Shown piece after piece: positions 1-9,929 of a stretch of DNA of 64,000 bases. How positions within the stretch are numbered: position 1 is the first letter of the stretch; each line of letters starts with the position of its first letter. The stretch spans positions 416,001 to 480,000 of the forward strand of contig JBKBYA010000001.1 of assembly GCA_046313635.1 (NCBI GenBank), read 5' to 3'. This DNA comes from Pyrinomonadaceae bacterium. GTDB taxonomy: Bacteria; Acidobacteriota; Blastocatellia; Pyrinomonadales; Pyrinomonadaceae. The notes beneath the pieces are model-generated. The model worked only from the letters and a program-made list of their open reading frames with translations. It was not told the origin of the DNA and did not search any database. The position numbers and the translations under genes were made by a program.

Positions 1-654
1 TGGGGGCTCGATCTCGACGCCGAGGATCTCGGCCGAGCGGCGAATGATGACCTCGAGATCTCTCTGCGGGTAAAAGTCGAGATGAGCGACAATGCCAAAT
101 CGCCCGCGGAGCGGCGCCGAGATCTGCCCGGCCCGAGTCGTCGCGCCGACGAGCGTGAATTTGGGCAGGTCGATCTTCAGCGTCCGCGCGGCCGTACCCT
201 GGCCAATGACGATGTCGAGCTGAAAGTCCTCCATCGCGGGATAAAGTATCTCCTCGATAGCCGGCCGCAGCCGGTGGATCTCGTCGACAAAGAGCACGTC
301 GCCCTCCTCGAGATTGGTCAGGATCGCGGCGAGGTCGCCCGCCTTCTCGATCGCCGGCGCGTGTATGGTCTTGAGGCTCGCGCCGAGCTCATTTGCGATG
401 ATCACGGCGAGACTCGTCTTGCCGAGCCCCGGCGGGCCGAAGAGCAGGACGTGGTCCATCGCCTCGGCGCGCCTGAGCGCGGCCTTTAGAAATATCTTGA
501 GATTGTTGACGACGCTCTGCTGGCCGATGTACTCGTCCAGGACTCGCGGGCGCAGGCTCGGCTCGGCCTGCACGTCCTCGATCGTCGCCTTTCCGATCTT
601 GATAGCGGAGCCGCCGTCAGCGGGCTCCGGTGTTGGGATCAATTCGAGAGTCAT
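1..654 (-). CDS. ruvB: Holliday junction branch migration helicase RuvB (3' end outside window)
   Basis: Manual translation from ATG at 654: [13 protein letters not shown], Walker [10 protein letters not shown], and [14 protein letters not shown]; frame is open to the window edge. Confidence 0.95.
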   Translation of the reverse strand, partial: MTLELIPTPEPADGGSAIKIGKATIEDVQAEPSLRPRVLDEYIGQQSVVNNLKIFLKAALRRAEAMDHVLLFGPPGLGKTSLAVIIANELGASLKTIHAPAIEKAGDLAAILTNLEEGDVLFVDEIHRLRPAIEEILYPAMEDFQLDIVIGQGTAARTLKIDLPKFTLVGATTRAGQISAPLRGRFGIVAHLDFYPQRDLEVIIRRSAEILGVEIEPP

Positions 655-738
655 TGTTTGGGATTCCTGTATTCAAAAAAATGACAAAGCCGCAAGCTTG
701 GCGTCGGGCGCCGCTGCGGCTAATAATAGGCGACGCGC

Positions 739-1278
739 TTACGCCGCCTGCTTCAGCTCTTCGCTTTGTTCGATCTGATCGTCCGCGACTCGGACGACCG
801 GCATCGACTGCGGCCGTGTCGTCTCGACGAGCGGTGTGCTCAGCTTGCCGACGAGCCAGCGTCGATAGATCTCGGCCTCCTCGAGCTTGCCCGTCCAGCG
901 TGCTCGGTCGAGCATCGTCAGCGCGAGCTCGAGCGTGTGGTGCTGGCCCGCGCGGTCCTGGACGCGGTCAAAATATCGATAGCCATTCTCGAGCACCTCG
1001 ACGCCGCGTTTCGACGTCTCGACATCCTTGAAGCCGAGCTTTCCGCGGAAGTGCTTCGAGTAAATGTTCATCGGATAGTTCGTCGACGTGTACAGATCGA
1101 AGTAGTTGTCGACGAGGCCTTCCTTTTGAAGTACCGACCCGACGTAGCTCGGTTTGGCGCCCGAGATGGCGGCGATCATCTCGATCTCATGCACGCCCGA
1201 ACGGTACAGCGAGAGGATCATGTCCTTTTTTGTCCGGAGCGTTTCTTTCTCTCTTGCTTGTTCAAAATTCGTCTGCAT
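739..1278 (-). CDS. Hypothetical protein with possible N-terminal helix-turn-helix
   Basis: Start moved to ATG 1278 (MQTNF) behind purine-rich GAGGAAGAAGAA; KKDMILSLYRSG-IEMIAAISGAKPSYVGSVL looks HTH-like. Confidence 0.75.
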   Translation of the reverse strand: MQTNFEQAREKETLRTKKDMILSLYRSGVHEIEMIAAISGAKPSYVGSVLQKEGLVDNYFDLYTSTNYPMNIYSKHFRGKLGFKDVETSKRGVEVLENGYRYFDRVQDRAGQHHTLELALTMLDRARWTGKLEEAEIYRRWLVGKLSTPLVETTRPQSMPVVRVADDQIEQSEELKQAA

Positions 1279-1307
1279 TTCTTCTTCCTCAACCAACGAA
1301 ATTTTGA

Positions 1308-1325
1308 TGTTTCACGTATGAAACA
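1308..1325. promoter_or_regulatory. Palindromic putative operator TGTTTCA-cgta-TGAAACA
   Basis: Perfect 7-bp inverted repeat in the divergent intergenic region. Confidence 0.45.
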
Positions 1326-1449
1326 CGTTGCAAAAAATCCCCGGGTTCCAACGTCAATGCGGCCTCGCAAATCCCGATCTTGCACCAGTTGCAGAGCGAC
1401 GAAAAAGAATTTGAAAGTTTGTGCGCAGCGTGTCGGCTATACTGGAAAA

Positions 1450-2538
1450 ATGACGAGCACGGGCAGGGTGGCAAAGCGGGTCTCGGGGCCTATCTTCGAC
1501 GTTCAGAGAGCGCGGCAGACGGTCGAAAAAGGCCGGCGGGCGAAGTGGTGGCGGCGGCGCGGTTCAAAGTCGAAGGGCTTTTTTTATGTCGACGCCGGCG
1601 GCCGGCGCGTCACCGACAAAGCGTCGCTCGAGCGGATCGCACAGCTCGTCATACCGCCGGCCTGGCGATGCGTCCGCGTCTCGCCGCACGCGAGCAGCAG
1701 CCTGCAGGCCGTCGGCATCGATACTACGGGCCGAGTGCAGTACAAATACCATCCGAAGTTCTCGGAAAAGCAGCAGCGCAAGAAATTTTCCAAGATCGTC
1801 GAATTTGGCCGGCGCCTGCCGCGGCTCCGCGCGGTCACCAACGAGCACATCGCGACCGAAGGCCTTTCGCGCGAAAAGGTCCTCGCGATAATGATGCGCC
1901 TGATCAATTCGCTCTACATTCGGGTCGGCACCGACAAGAGCGTCCGGCACTACCGGACGTACGGGATCACGACGCTGGCCAACCGCCATCTTACGATCGA
2001 GCGCGGCGGCGTGCTCGTCTTTGAATTCGTCGGCAAGAGCCATATCAAGCACCGCAAGGTGATGGTCGACGAAGATCTCGCGGCGGCGATGCTCGAGTTG
2101 AAGGATGTCGGTCCGGCAAAGAAGCTCTTTCACTATCTCGACGACGAGGGCAAGCCGCGTGCGGTATGCCCGGCCGACGTTAATCGGTATATCAAGGAAG
2201 CGGCGGGGCCGGAATTTTCGGCAAAGGATTTCAGGACGTGGGGCGGGACGCTGCTCGCGGCCGTACGCCTCGCAGAGATCGGCAAGGCCGGCGACGAAAG
2301 GCTCGCAAAAAAGAATCTGGTCCGCGCGATCAAGGATGTCGCCGAGCAGCTCGGCAATACGCCGACGGTCTGCCGCAGTTCGTACATTCACCCGGACGTG
2401 ATCGCGGCGTACGAACGCGGTGTCACGATCGACGATTTTCGCCCGCGCCAGTCGCGCCGCATTCGCCGCATCGAGTCGGACTACGAGCCGGAAGAGAAGG
2501 CTCTGTTGAGGATGCTCGAGTCGGCTGACGCAAAATAA
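1450..2538 (+). CDS. Bacterial DNA topoisomerase IB (poxvirus-like)
   Basis: IPPAW, YIRVG, FVGKS, SAKDFRTW, LGNTPTVCRSSYIHP (catalytic Tyr); start ATG 1450 lies 6 nt after TATACT. Confidence 0.93.
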   Translation: MTSTGRVAKRVSGPIFDVQRARQTVEKGRRAKWWRRRGSKSKGFFYVDAGGRRVTDKASLERIAQLVIPPAWRCVRVSPHASSSLQAVGIDTTGRVQYKYHPKFSEKQQRKKFSKIVEFGRRLPRLRAVTNEHIATEGLSREKVLAIMMRLINSLYIRVGTDKSVRHYRTYGITTLANRHLTIERGGVLVFEFVGKSHIKHRKVMVDEDLAAAMLELKDVGPAKKLFHYLDDEGKPRAVCPADVNRYIKEAAGPEFSAKDFRTWGGTLLAAVRLAEIGKAGDERLAKKNLVRAIKDVAEQLGNTPTVCRSSYIHPDVIAAYERGVTIDDFRPRQSRRIRRIESDYEPEEKALLRMLESADAK

Positions 2539-2539
2539 A

Positions 2540-2565
2540 AGAGCGGCCCGATCAAGGGCCGCTCT
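2540..2565. terminator. Probable bidirectional intrinsic terminator
   Basis: AGAGCGGCCC/GGGCCGCTCT 10-bp stem between convergent genes. Confidence 0.6.
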
Positions 2566-2586
2566 GTCTTATTGATCGCTCGTCTT

Positions 2587-4554
2587 CTACTTTCTGATCA
2601 GCACGACCGGCGCCTGCTCGGCGTCGAGCATCTTTGCAAAGAAATCCTTAACGATCGAATACTTCTCGGCCGGTATCAGATCGCGTCGGGTCGTGATCTG
2701 CCGCGTGAAGATCAGCTTGCCGTCCTTGTGCGTGTACGATGTCGTGTACTTGCCAAAGCTCGTTTCGATATTCACCGGCTCCGGCATCTCGTCGACGACG
2801 AAGCCCGCGGGCAGCGTGAATGTCACGGTCTCGCGCATCATGCTCGAATCGAGTTCGATCGGGTTGGAGCGCTTCGGCTCGGTCAGCACGACGCCCGAGC
2901 GGCGGCCGACGATCACGGGTTTGAAGACGAGCAGGCGATTTTGCATCAACTGGCCGTAGCGCGGTGCCGAGAATTCGACGTCGAGATCGAATGCCGCATC
3001 CGCGTGGCGATCCTTCGGCGTGTAGTTGACGAGCTGCGCTCCGGTCGCTCCGCGCGTCAGCCAGCCCTCGAGAGCCCGCTTGTAATCGGCCGACGAGAGT
3101 TCGCGGATCTCGCGGCGAAACATCGTCGACGTCTGGCCGACCGCGCGTTCCTGGATCTTGCCCTTGAGCTCTCCGGTATCGCTGAGATCGACGTCGATCT
3201 TCCGGTCGAGAATGTCGGCCTCGGGCGGCACGACCGGCATCTGGAAAAGGCCCCCGAGGTCGCCGCCGATGATCAGGCCGTAGCTGCCCTGAAGGTAGTC
3301 GGGGAGATCGCCGACCGGCGTAAAGGCGTCGGTCGCGTCAAAGATCAGCAGGCGGCCGAGCTTTGGGTGCTCGATGGTGGTCGGCGTCTTGGTCGCGTCG
3401 CTTACTTTTACGGCGATGATGCAGTGGTTGAATTGCCGCGGCGACGCCCATTCGGCCCGGACAAACGTTCGGTCACCCGAAAAGATCGCGATCGGGTACG
3501 CCTCGATCTTGAGCGCCCTTAGCATCGCGCGCATCAAATTCGCCTTGTCCTTGCAGTCGCCGTAGCCGCGGCTGAGGACGAGCGTCGAAGGCCGCGGCTT
3601 GTAGCCGTTGCCGTGGCCGACGCCGATGTCGATCGAGATGTACTGCAGGTTTTGAACAAAGGTGCCGATCGCTCGGATCTTGTCGAGCTCGGTCGCGGCG
3701 TTCGCGGTCAGCTCGCGGGCCTTGGCGGCGACATTGTCGTCGACGACGACCTGCGGGTCGTGCATCGCCGTCGCCCAGCGCGACACGTCCTCCCAGTTGG
3801 CGAAAGCGCGGTTGACGATATTCTGGCCCGACTCGGGTGCGTAGTTGACCGCGATCCGCGGCGAGAGATTATTCCATGACGGGCTGAGCGGCTCGTCCTT
3901 GATCGCGTCGAGGCCGCGCATCTCCCAGGTGTATGTATTGCCGTTGACGGTCGGTTTGATGTCGGGCGCGTTAAAGGTGACGCTCGACGCCCTCCATCCG
4001 GCGGGCAAAGTAAGCGAATAACGAGAGACCGCGACGGGAAGATTGGTCTGAAAGCCCCACGAGTCCTGATAGAAAAGCGGCGTATCTTCTGAGACGATCG
4101 TGTAGCCAAAGACGTATCCCGGCTCGACGTCGTTGATCGCGTCGATGACCTTGATGCGTCCCTCGTCGTACACGTCGTCCGGGTCGGATATGACATCGAC
4201 GACCGTTTTCTTGTCGTAGTTCTTGGTCGTGCCGTCGGGGCGGATCAGCCAGCCGTTGATCTCGCGAATGCGGCCCGAGCTGACAAGGTAGAAGGCACGT
4301 GCGAGGGCGTAGCGGCGCCCCTCTTTGTTGAGTATCCTGACGGCAAAATTCTCGACCGTGACGAGCCGGCCGTCCGAGCCGAGCGTGACCTGCTGCTCGT
4401 CGAGCAGAACGGCCGCCTCGGTCTTGGCATCGTACGCGGGCAGTTTCACCGACGCCGCCTGCCGCATCCATGACGGCGGATCGTCGGCGAGCGCCGCGAA
4501 GGTGAGTATGAGAGTGATGGCCAGAGCGGCCGCGGTCCTGGGTGTTGTGAACAT
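2587..4554 (-). CDS. Exported DUF3857/transglutaminase-like protein with intact triad
   Basis: Signal peptide; GYGDCKDKA (Cys), FNHCI (His), IFDAT (Asp). Confidence 0.88.
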   Translation of the reverse strand: MFTTPRTAAALAITLILTFAALADDPPSWMRQAASVKLPAYDAKTEAAVLLDEQQVTLGSDGRLVTVENFAVRILNKEGRRYALARAFYLVSSGRIREINGWLIRPDGTTKNYDKKTVVDVISDPDDVYDEGRIKVIDAINDVEPGYVFGYTIVSEDTPLFYQDSWGFQTNLPVAVSRYSLTLPAGWRASSVTFNAPDIKPTVNGNTYTWEMRGLDAIKDEPLSPSWNNLSPRIAVNYAPESGQNIVNRAFANWEDVSRWATAMHDPQVVVDDNVAAKARELTANAATELDKIRAIGTFVQNLQYISIDIGVGHGNGYKPRPSTLVLSRGYGDCKDKANLMRAMLRALKIEAYPIAIFSGDRTFVRAEWASPRQFNHCIIAVKVSDATKTPTTIEHPKLGRLLIFDATDAFTPVGDLPDYLQGSYGLIIGGDLGGLFQMPVVPPEADILDRKIDVDLSDTGELKGKIQERAVGQTSTMFRREIRELSSADYKRALEGWLTRGATGAQLVNYTPKDRHADAAFDLDVEFSAPRYGQLMQNRLLVFKPVIVGRRSGVVLTEPKRSNPIELDSSMMRETVTFTLPAGFVVDEMPEPVNIETSFGKYTTSYTHKDGKLIFTRQITTRRDLIPAEKYSIVKDFFAKMLDAEQAPVVLIRK

Positions 4555-4584
4555 ATTTACCTCAATGTCGTTCCCGGCCGCCGA

Positions 4585-4722
4585 TCAACGCGCCGGAACT
4601 GTGGAAGTCGTCGACTGCTTCAGCGATATCGCGTGCGTGTCGGCCCTGTGAAAGCTGTCAAAGAGGCTCTTCAGCGCCAGGTACGTGCCTACGGGGAAGA
4701 GAGTCGCGCTGCGGACCTTCAT
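4585..4722 (-). pseudogene. 45-codon remnant of a third DUF3857 paralog
   Basis: MKVRSATLFPVGTYLALKSLFDSFHRADTHAISLKQSTTSTVPAR aligns with the C-terminus of 4777..6744 (TYRPLKSLFDAFHKSNTHAVTLKQ); GAGG precedes the ATG. Confidence 0.7.
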
Positions 4723-4776
4723 TATTGCCTCATCGGAGGGACGGGCCGGCCTCGCTCGGCGACGACCGGCCCGACC

Positions 4777-6744
4777 TTAGTTCTGCTTTAACGTGACGGC
4801 GTGCGTATTCGATTTGTGAAAGGCGTCAAACAGCGACTTTAGCGGCCGGTAGGTTTCGACGCCGAAATACGTCTTGCCCGCCCCGCCGAAAAAGAAGTTG
4901 CGGCGGTAAAGCAGCGTATTGGTCGTTTGGTCGATCGACAGCTTGAACTGTAGATTGCTGATGCCGTTGGCGTCCTGTACGGGCTCCGGCGAGTCGGCAT
5001 TGTCGAGCTGGAATCCCGCGGGAAGCTGGATCGAGATCTCGTCATCCTCCGACCAGGGGAAGTGAAAAAAGATCGGGTACTTTCGCGTCGCGGTGGTGAA
5101 CATCGGCGTCGACCCGTACTCAAAAAAACCGGGCTGCAGGAAGAGCCGCTTGCCCGTCCTCTGCGCATAGCTCGGCACCCGAACCTTGAACTGATAGACG
5201 AACGGTTTTTCAGGGTCGTCGACGTTCTCGATGCTGATATCGGTGATCTCGGCCGTGCTGATCCGCTTTTTGATCTCGTCCTTTAGGTCCTCTTGCCGCT
5301 TGTTGGGCGAGCTCTTGTAGTTATTGAGCTTCAGCTCATTGGCGAGCTGGCCGGTGTATTCCATCCTCACCGTGCCCTCGAGCGTACCGTCCTCGAGCAA
5401 TTTGAATTTGCCGGTGCGCTTTGCCAGCGACCGCTCGTGGCTCGTGTAGCCGGTCTCGGTCGTCACAAAGTCTTTGTAGCCGAGCAGCAGGACGGAGGTG
5501 TCCTCCTCATTCCACGCGAGCATGCCGTAGGGCACGAACTTGTCTCCCGGCGAAAAATACTGCCAGCGGCCGTCGACCTTGACCGCCGCCGCCGCGAAGT
5601 GAATGAACGACTCGTGCGCCTGCGACGGGTTGAAGAACTTTTCGCTGCGATCGCCGCTGAAGGCAAGGCGGGCCTCAAAACCGAGGGCGGTCGCGAGCGA
5701 TGCGAAGAGCTCGTTGATCTCGCTGGCCGTCCCCTGCAGGTTCTTGTAGGTATCAGAAACCGACTTTGCGGGCTTGATCTCTTCGCGCTGGTCGTCGGTC
5801 AGCTGCGGATCGTATGTGACGTTCTTGACCTTTGTCTTGCAAAACTCAAAGAGCCTGGCAAGTTTCTCCTCCGGCGTCGCGGCCCCGGCGGCGATCTGCG
5901 CGGCCGCTGCCTTGATGTCCTTGCCCGGTTTAAGTGTGTCTTTGATGTCAAAGACCTCGACGAGCCATCCGCCGGCGCGCGACCAGAAGTTCATCGCCGT
6001 GTCGTTCTTGCGGATGCGGTCGTAGTACAGAAGCATCCATGAGCGGACCTCGTCCTCGGGCGGCATATTCGGCTCGGACTTAAGTGCCGGGAGGTTCTCC
6101 ATCGTCGCCCGGTAAAATCCGTTCTTGTCCTTGACGAACTTGTTGTCCGCCATGTTAAAGCTCAAAAACTTTGCATCCTGATAGGGGCGGAAGTAATACG
6201 AGATAGACCGGATCGGCACGTCGTGCTGGAAGAGCATCCGCATATTGTTGGCCGACGAGTTCTGCTGGACCTCCTGGTATCGGTATTCAACGATCGAGCC
6301 CGGGTCGACGGCCGGGACCGCGAAAGACTTTGCCTTGACCTTGCTCTTGTCGGTCTTTGCGATCTCGCGGTCGAAGACGTCAGCTTTGGCGACGTCGGCG
6401 ATCGTGCCGTCGGCCTTGATCACCCGAGCGTTGATGTCCTTGATCTTGGTGCGTGACGAATACGGTATGTCGATCTTGCTGTATTTTTCACGGCCGCGCT
6501 CGTTAAAGACCTTGACCCTGATGTAGTGCTTCATTACCAGGTTTTGCGGGTCGGCGTCGTCGACGCGAACCTCCCAGAAGAGCACTTCGGCATCGGCGTC
6601 CGGTTCGACGATCGGAGTTTTGGACTGCAGGTCGGCCGAGTCGACCGGGCGCCAGTCCTTGTCCTGGGCCGAGGCGCCGACCACGGTCAAAAAGACAACA
6701 AGCGAGATCGTGGCAAAGACGTTCCAGCGGGCGAGAGAATTCAT
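4777..6744 (-). CDS. Exported DUF3857/transglutaminase-like paralog lacking the catalytic Cys
   Basis: Signal peptide; same length and architecture as its neighbour, with GTASEIN in place of GDCKDKA. Confidence 0.85.
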   Translation of the reverse strand: MNSLARWNVFATISLVVFLTVVGASAQDKDWRPVDSADLQSKTPIVEPDADAEVLFWEVRVDDADPQNLVMKHYIRVKVFNERGREKYSKIDIPYSSRTKIKDINARVIKADGTIADVAKADVFDREIAKTDKSKVKAKSFAVPAVDPGSIVEYRYQEVQQNSSANNMRMLFQHDVPIRSISYYFRPYQDAKFLSFNMADNKFVKDKNGFYRATMENLPALKSEPNMPPEDEVRSWMLLYYDRIRKNDTAMNFWSRAGGWLVEVFDIKDTLKPGKDIKAAAAQIAAGAATPEEKLARLFEFCKTKVKNVTYDPQLTDDQREEIKPAKSVSDTYKNLQGTASEINELFASLATALGFEARLAFSGDRSEKFFNPSQAHESFIHFAAAAVKVDGRWQYFSPGDKFVPYGMLAWNEEDTSVLLLGYKDFVTTETGYTSHERSLAKRTGKFKLLEDGTLEGTVRMEYTGQLANELKLNNYKSSPNKRQEDLKDEIKKRISTAEITDISIENVDDPEKPFVYQFKVRVPSYAQRTGKRLFLQPGFFEYGSTPMFTTATRKYPIFFHFPWSEDDEISIQLPAGFQLDNADSPEPVQDANGISNLQFKLSIDQTTNTLLYRRNFFFGGAGKTYFGVETYRPLKSLFDAFHKSNTHAVTLKQN

Positions 6745-6996
6745 ACTTACCTCAAATTGATTTTTTATCGGTATCCGAAGTGAGAGACTGGTCCGGAACA
6801 GGAGCGTGGTCGACGGCTTCGGGTGATTCTACCGGTCATTCTATTGCGGTCTGCACGGATGACGTGCGTATTCTACAGGACATTTCTGCAGGGGCGCAAT
6901 AACTTTCGGGCATTCAGGGCGGGAGCGGATCGCTGTGGTATAATCTCGGGTTTTCAGGCACTTAACAAAAATTATCCATTCGATCAGGAGATACAG

Positions 6997-8073
6997 ATGG
7001 CAATTGACTTCACTAAGATCCAGGAACTCCTGGGCGGCGAGGCCGAGACCCTGCTCGGGCACGTCTCCAGGACGATCCCAAAGGAGAATCTGCACCTTCC
7101 GGGCGGCGATTTTGTCGACCGTGTCTGGAAGGATTCCGACCGCAGCCCGGCCGTGCTGCGAAGCCTGCAGTCGCTGTACGACCACGGCCGTTTGGCCGGC
7201 ACCGGCTATATGTCGATCCTGCCGGTCGATCAGGGCATCGAGCACTCGGCGGGCGCGTCGTTTGCGCCGAATCCGGAATATTTCGATCCCGAGAATATCG
7301 TCAAGCTCGCGATCGAGGGCGGCTGCAACGGCGTCGCTTCGACCTTCGGCGTACTCGGCTCGGTCGCACGCAAATACGCGCACAAGATCCCTTTTATCGT
7401 AAAGATCAATCACAACGAGCTGCTGACCTATCCGAATAAATTCGACCAGGTGATGTTCGGTACGATCGACCAGGCCCGCAATCTCGGGGCGGTCGCGGTC
7501 GGGGCGACGATCTACTTCGGCTCTGACGAGTCGACGCGTCAGATCGTCGAGGTCGCCGAGGCCTTTGCCTACGCACACGAGCTCGGGATGGCGACGATCC
7601 TTTGGTGTTACCTGCGCAACTCAAAGTTCAAGACCAAAGAGGGCGATATGCACACCGCCGCCGACCTTACCGGACAGGCCAATCACCTCGGCGTCACGAT
7701 CCAGGCCGACATCATCAAGCAAAAGCTGCCCGAGCGGAACGGCGGCTATAACGTGCTCGGCCTCGAGAGCTCGTACGGCAAGACCAACCCCAAGATCTAC
7801 TCCGAGCTGACGAGCGACAACCCGATCGACCTCGTTCGCTACCAGGTCGCGAACTGCTTTATGGGCCGCTGCGGTCTGATCAATTCGGGCGGCGAATCGA
7901 AGGGCTCGGGCGATCTCGCCGACGCCGTTCGCACGGCTGTCGTCAACAAGCGCGGCGGCGGATCGGGCCTCATCTCGGGACGCAAGGCGTTTCAGCGCCC
8001 GATGGCGGAGGGCGTCGAGCTGCTCAACGCTATTCAGGACGTCTATCTTTCAAAAGAAGTGACGATAGCGTAA
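6997..8073 (+). CDS. fbaB: Class I fructose-bisphosphate aldolase (DhnA/FbaB type)
   Basis: [19 protein letters not shown] (Schiff-base Lys), [16 protein letters not shown] before ATG 6997. Confidence 0.95.
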   Translation: MAIDFTKIQELLGGEAETLLGHVSRTIPKENLHLPGGDFVDRVWKDSDRSPAVLRSLQSLYDHGRLAGTGYMSILPVDQGIEHSAGASFAPNPEYFDPENIVKLAIEGGCNGVASTFGVLGSVARKYAHKIPFIVKINHNELLTYPNKFDQVMFGTIDQARNLGAVAVGATIYFGSDESTRQIVEVAEAFAYAHELGMATILWCYLRNSKFKTKEGDMHTAADLTGQANHLGVTIQADIIKQKLPERNGGYNVLGLESSYGKTNPKIYSELTSDNPIDLVRYQVANCFMGRCGLINSGGESKGSGDLADAVRTAVVNKRGGGSGLISGRKAFQRPMAEGVELLNAIQDVYLSKEVTIA

Positions 8074-8149
8074 GGTCCCATCCGAAACGGCGGGGCCGGC
8101 ACGTCAGCGGCGCGGGCCCCGCATCTCAAGCTCCAACCCGGCAAGAGCT

Positions 8150-9922
8150 ATGACAACCCGAACGTCACGGAAAGCGGTGCTCCTCCCGCTGGCCGTCATC
8201 GTGCTCCTCGCGCTCTATCCGCAGATGGCCCTGTGGCTCGTGCGCGGCAGCTCGTGGAGCGGTGCGTACGCCGCGTCGAATTACGATGAGGCGGCGTATT
8301 CGGCGTACCTCAACTCGCAGGTCCACGGTCGACCGCGAAAGTACGATCCCTTTCTCGCACGTCCGACAGAGCACGAATCGCTATATTCGGTCCAGATGGT
8401 CCCGGCCGAGGTCATCGCAGCACCGGCGGCCGTGTTCGGGCTGTCGACATCGACGACCTTCATTCTTCTCAGTGCGGCGATCGCGGTAGCATCGGCGCTG
8501 TGCGTCTTTGCATTTCTGCGAATGGCGACCGACAGCGACGCGGCGTCGGCGGCCGGCACGCTGGCCGTGCTTTGTATGGGTACGGCCGTCGCCTTTCAGG
8601 GCGAACTGCGGCAGCTTGCCCTCGGCTCGGTGCTGATCGACTATCTGCCGTTTATGCGCCGGTACCAGCCGGGCTTCGGGTTTCCGCTTTTCTTTTTGTT
8701 CTGCGCGGCCGTGTGGCGGTCGGTCTCGACAGATGATGTGACGCGGCGCCGAATGCTGGGCATTGGAGCGGGAGCGCTCTTTGCCGTGCTGGTCTTTACA
8801 TACTTCTTTCTTTGGACGGCGGCCGCGGCCTGGCTCGCGTGCTTTGCGATGGTGAGTCTCGCGCTCGACCGCGGCAGTTTTAGACGCATCGCCGAGTCGA
8901 TCGCGCCGGTCGCGATTTTTGGCGCGGCGACACTCCTTCCGTATTTTTGGATGCTTGCCGACCGTTCGCCCGAGACCGACACGATCACGCTCCTGACCCG
9001 CACTCGTATGCCGGAATTGCTCTCACTGGTGATGCTTGCGGGCCTCGCCGCTGCGGCAGCCGCCGTGATCGCCGCTCGATACGGCAAGGTCGAACTTCGC
9101 AGCCCGTCGATCGTGCTCGTCCTTTCGCTCGGCATCACGCCCGCCATTCTGCTCAATCAGCAGATCGTTACCGGCCGCTCGCTGCAGCCGGTGCACTACG
9201 AGATCTTTATCGGGAACTATTTGGTCGTCGCCGCTCTCGTCATTTTTGCCCGCCAGTCCGCAGGCGGGCGATTCGACGGGAAGATCGCTCTTTATGTCGG
9301 CTTGATCGCGGCCGGCTGGGGCCTTGTCGAGGCCGCCGGCTCGACCGGCCGCAACGCCGAGGCAAATTTGATCCGCGACGCATCGGCGCCGGCGATCGAG
9401 TATATCGACGCGAGGGCTGCCGAACGCGGCCGCCCGGCCGTCGTGCACGCGACAAACTTCTTGACCGCCGACATCATTCCGACCTTTGCCGCGAACGCCC
9501 GGCCGCTGTGGAGCATTCATCTCGACACCGCGGGCAGCGTGTCCCCGGCCGAGAACAAACGGCTTTTTTACCTGTATATGTATTACTCCGGCTTTGACGA
9601 GAAGGACCTCGAGCGGGCACTCGCGGAGAATTCTTTCGAGGTGACGGCCGTGATATTCGGCACCGGACGCGCGCTGCCGTCGCTTGGCCAAGGTGCAGCC
9701 GCGGTAAGGGCGGCGGAGATAAGAAACGAGGTCGCGAAGTACGCTGAATTCATACGCTCATTCGACGCACGCGGTGCCGCCGAACCGGTCCTCGATCACA
9801 TCATCGTCCCCGCTGATGCCGAGCCAGACCTGTCGAGGCTGGACCGATGGTACGAGAGAGTCGAAGGGCGGACCTTCGGTCTTTTCAGGGTCTATGAGCT
9901 GAAGCCGCGGTCCGCCCGATAG
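8150..9922 (+). CDS. Polytopic membrane protein, possibly GT-C fold glycosyltransferase
   Basis: About 11-13 hydrophobic segments, NYDEAAY in the first external loop, soluble C-terminal domain. Confidence 0.6.
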   Translation: MTTRTSRKAVLLPLAVIVLLALYPQMALWLVRGSSWSGAYAASNYDEAAYSAYLNSQVHGRPRKYDPFLARPTEHESLYSVQMVPAEVIAAPAAVFGLSTSTTFILLSAAIAVASALCVFAFLRMATDSDAASAAGTLAVLCMGTAVAFQGELRQLALGSVLIDYLPFMRRYQPGFGFPLFFLFCAAVWRSVSTDDVTRRRMLGIGAGALFAVLVFTYFFLWTAAAAWLACFAMVSLALDRGSFRRIAESIAPVAIFGAATLLPYFWMLADRSPETDTITLLTRTRMPELLSLVMLAGLAAAAAAVIAARYGKVELRSPSIVLVLSLGITPAILLNQQIVTGRSLQPVHYEIFIGNYLVVAALVIFARQSAGGRFDGKIALYVGLIAAGWGLVEAAGSTGRNAEANLIRDASAPAIEYIDARAAERGRPAVVHATNFLTADIIPTFAANARPLWSIHLDTAGSVSPAENKRLFYLYMYYSGFDEKDLERALAENSFEVTAVIFGTGRALPSLGQGAAAVRAAEIRNEVAKYAEFIRSFDARGAAEPVLDHIIVPADAEPDLSRLDRWYERVEGRTFGLFRVYELKPRSAR

Positions 9923-9929
9923 GCGATCG

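Noticed and set aside
1308..1325. parS site
   Set aside because: Resembles TGTTTCACGTGAAACA but has a 2-bp central insertion; single copy and no parAB here
1324..1349. ECF-type promoter GGAAC-N17-CGTG on the minus strand
   Set aside because: Short, imperfect match that could arise by chance; no second instance confirmed
766..1449. N-terminal extension of the 590-aa TopIB ORF
   Set aside because: Antisense shadow of the 739..1278 gene; a -10 box and ATG at 1450 give a normal-sized enzyme
8090..8122. Degenerate REP after fbaB (shares GCACGTCAG with the 14000 element)
   Set aside because: Match too short; may be an ordinary GC hairpin
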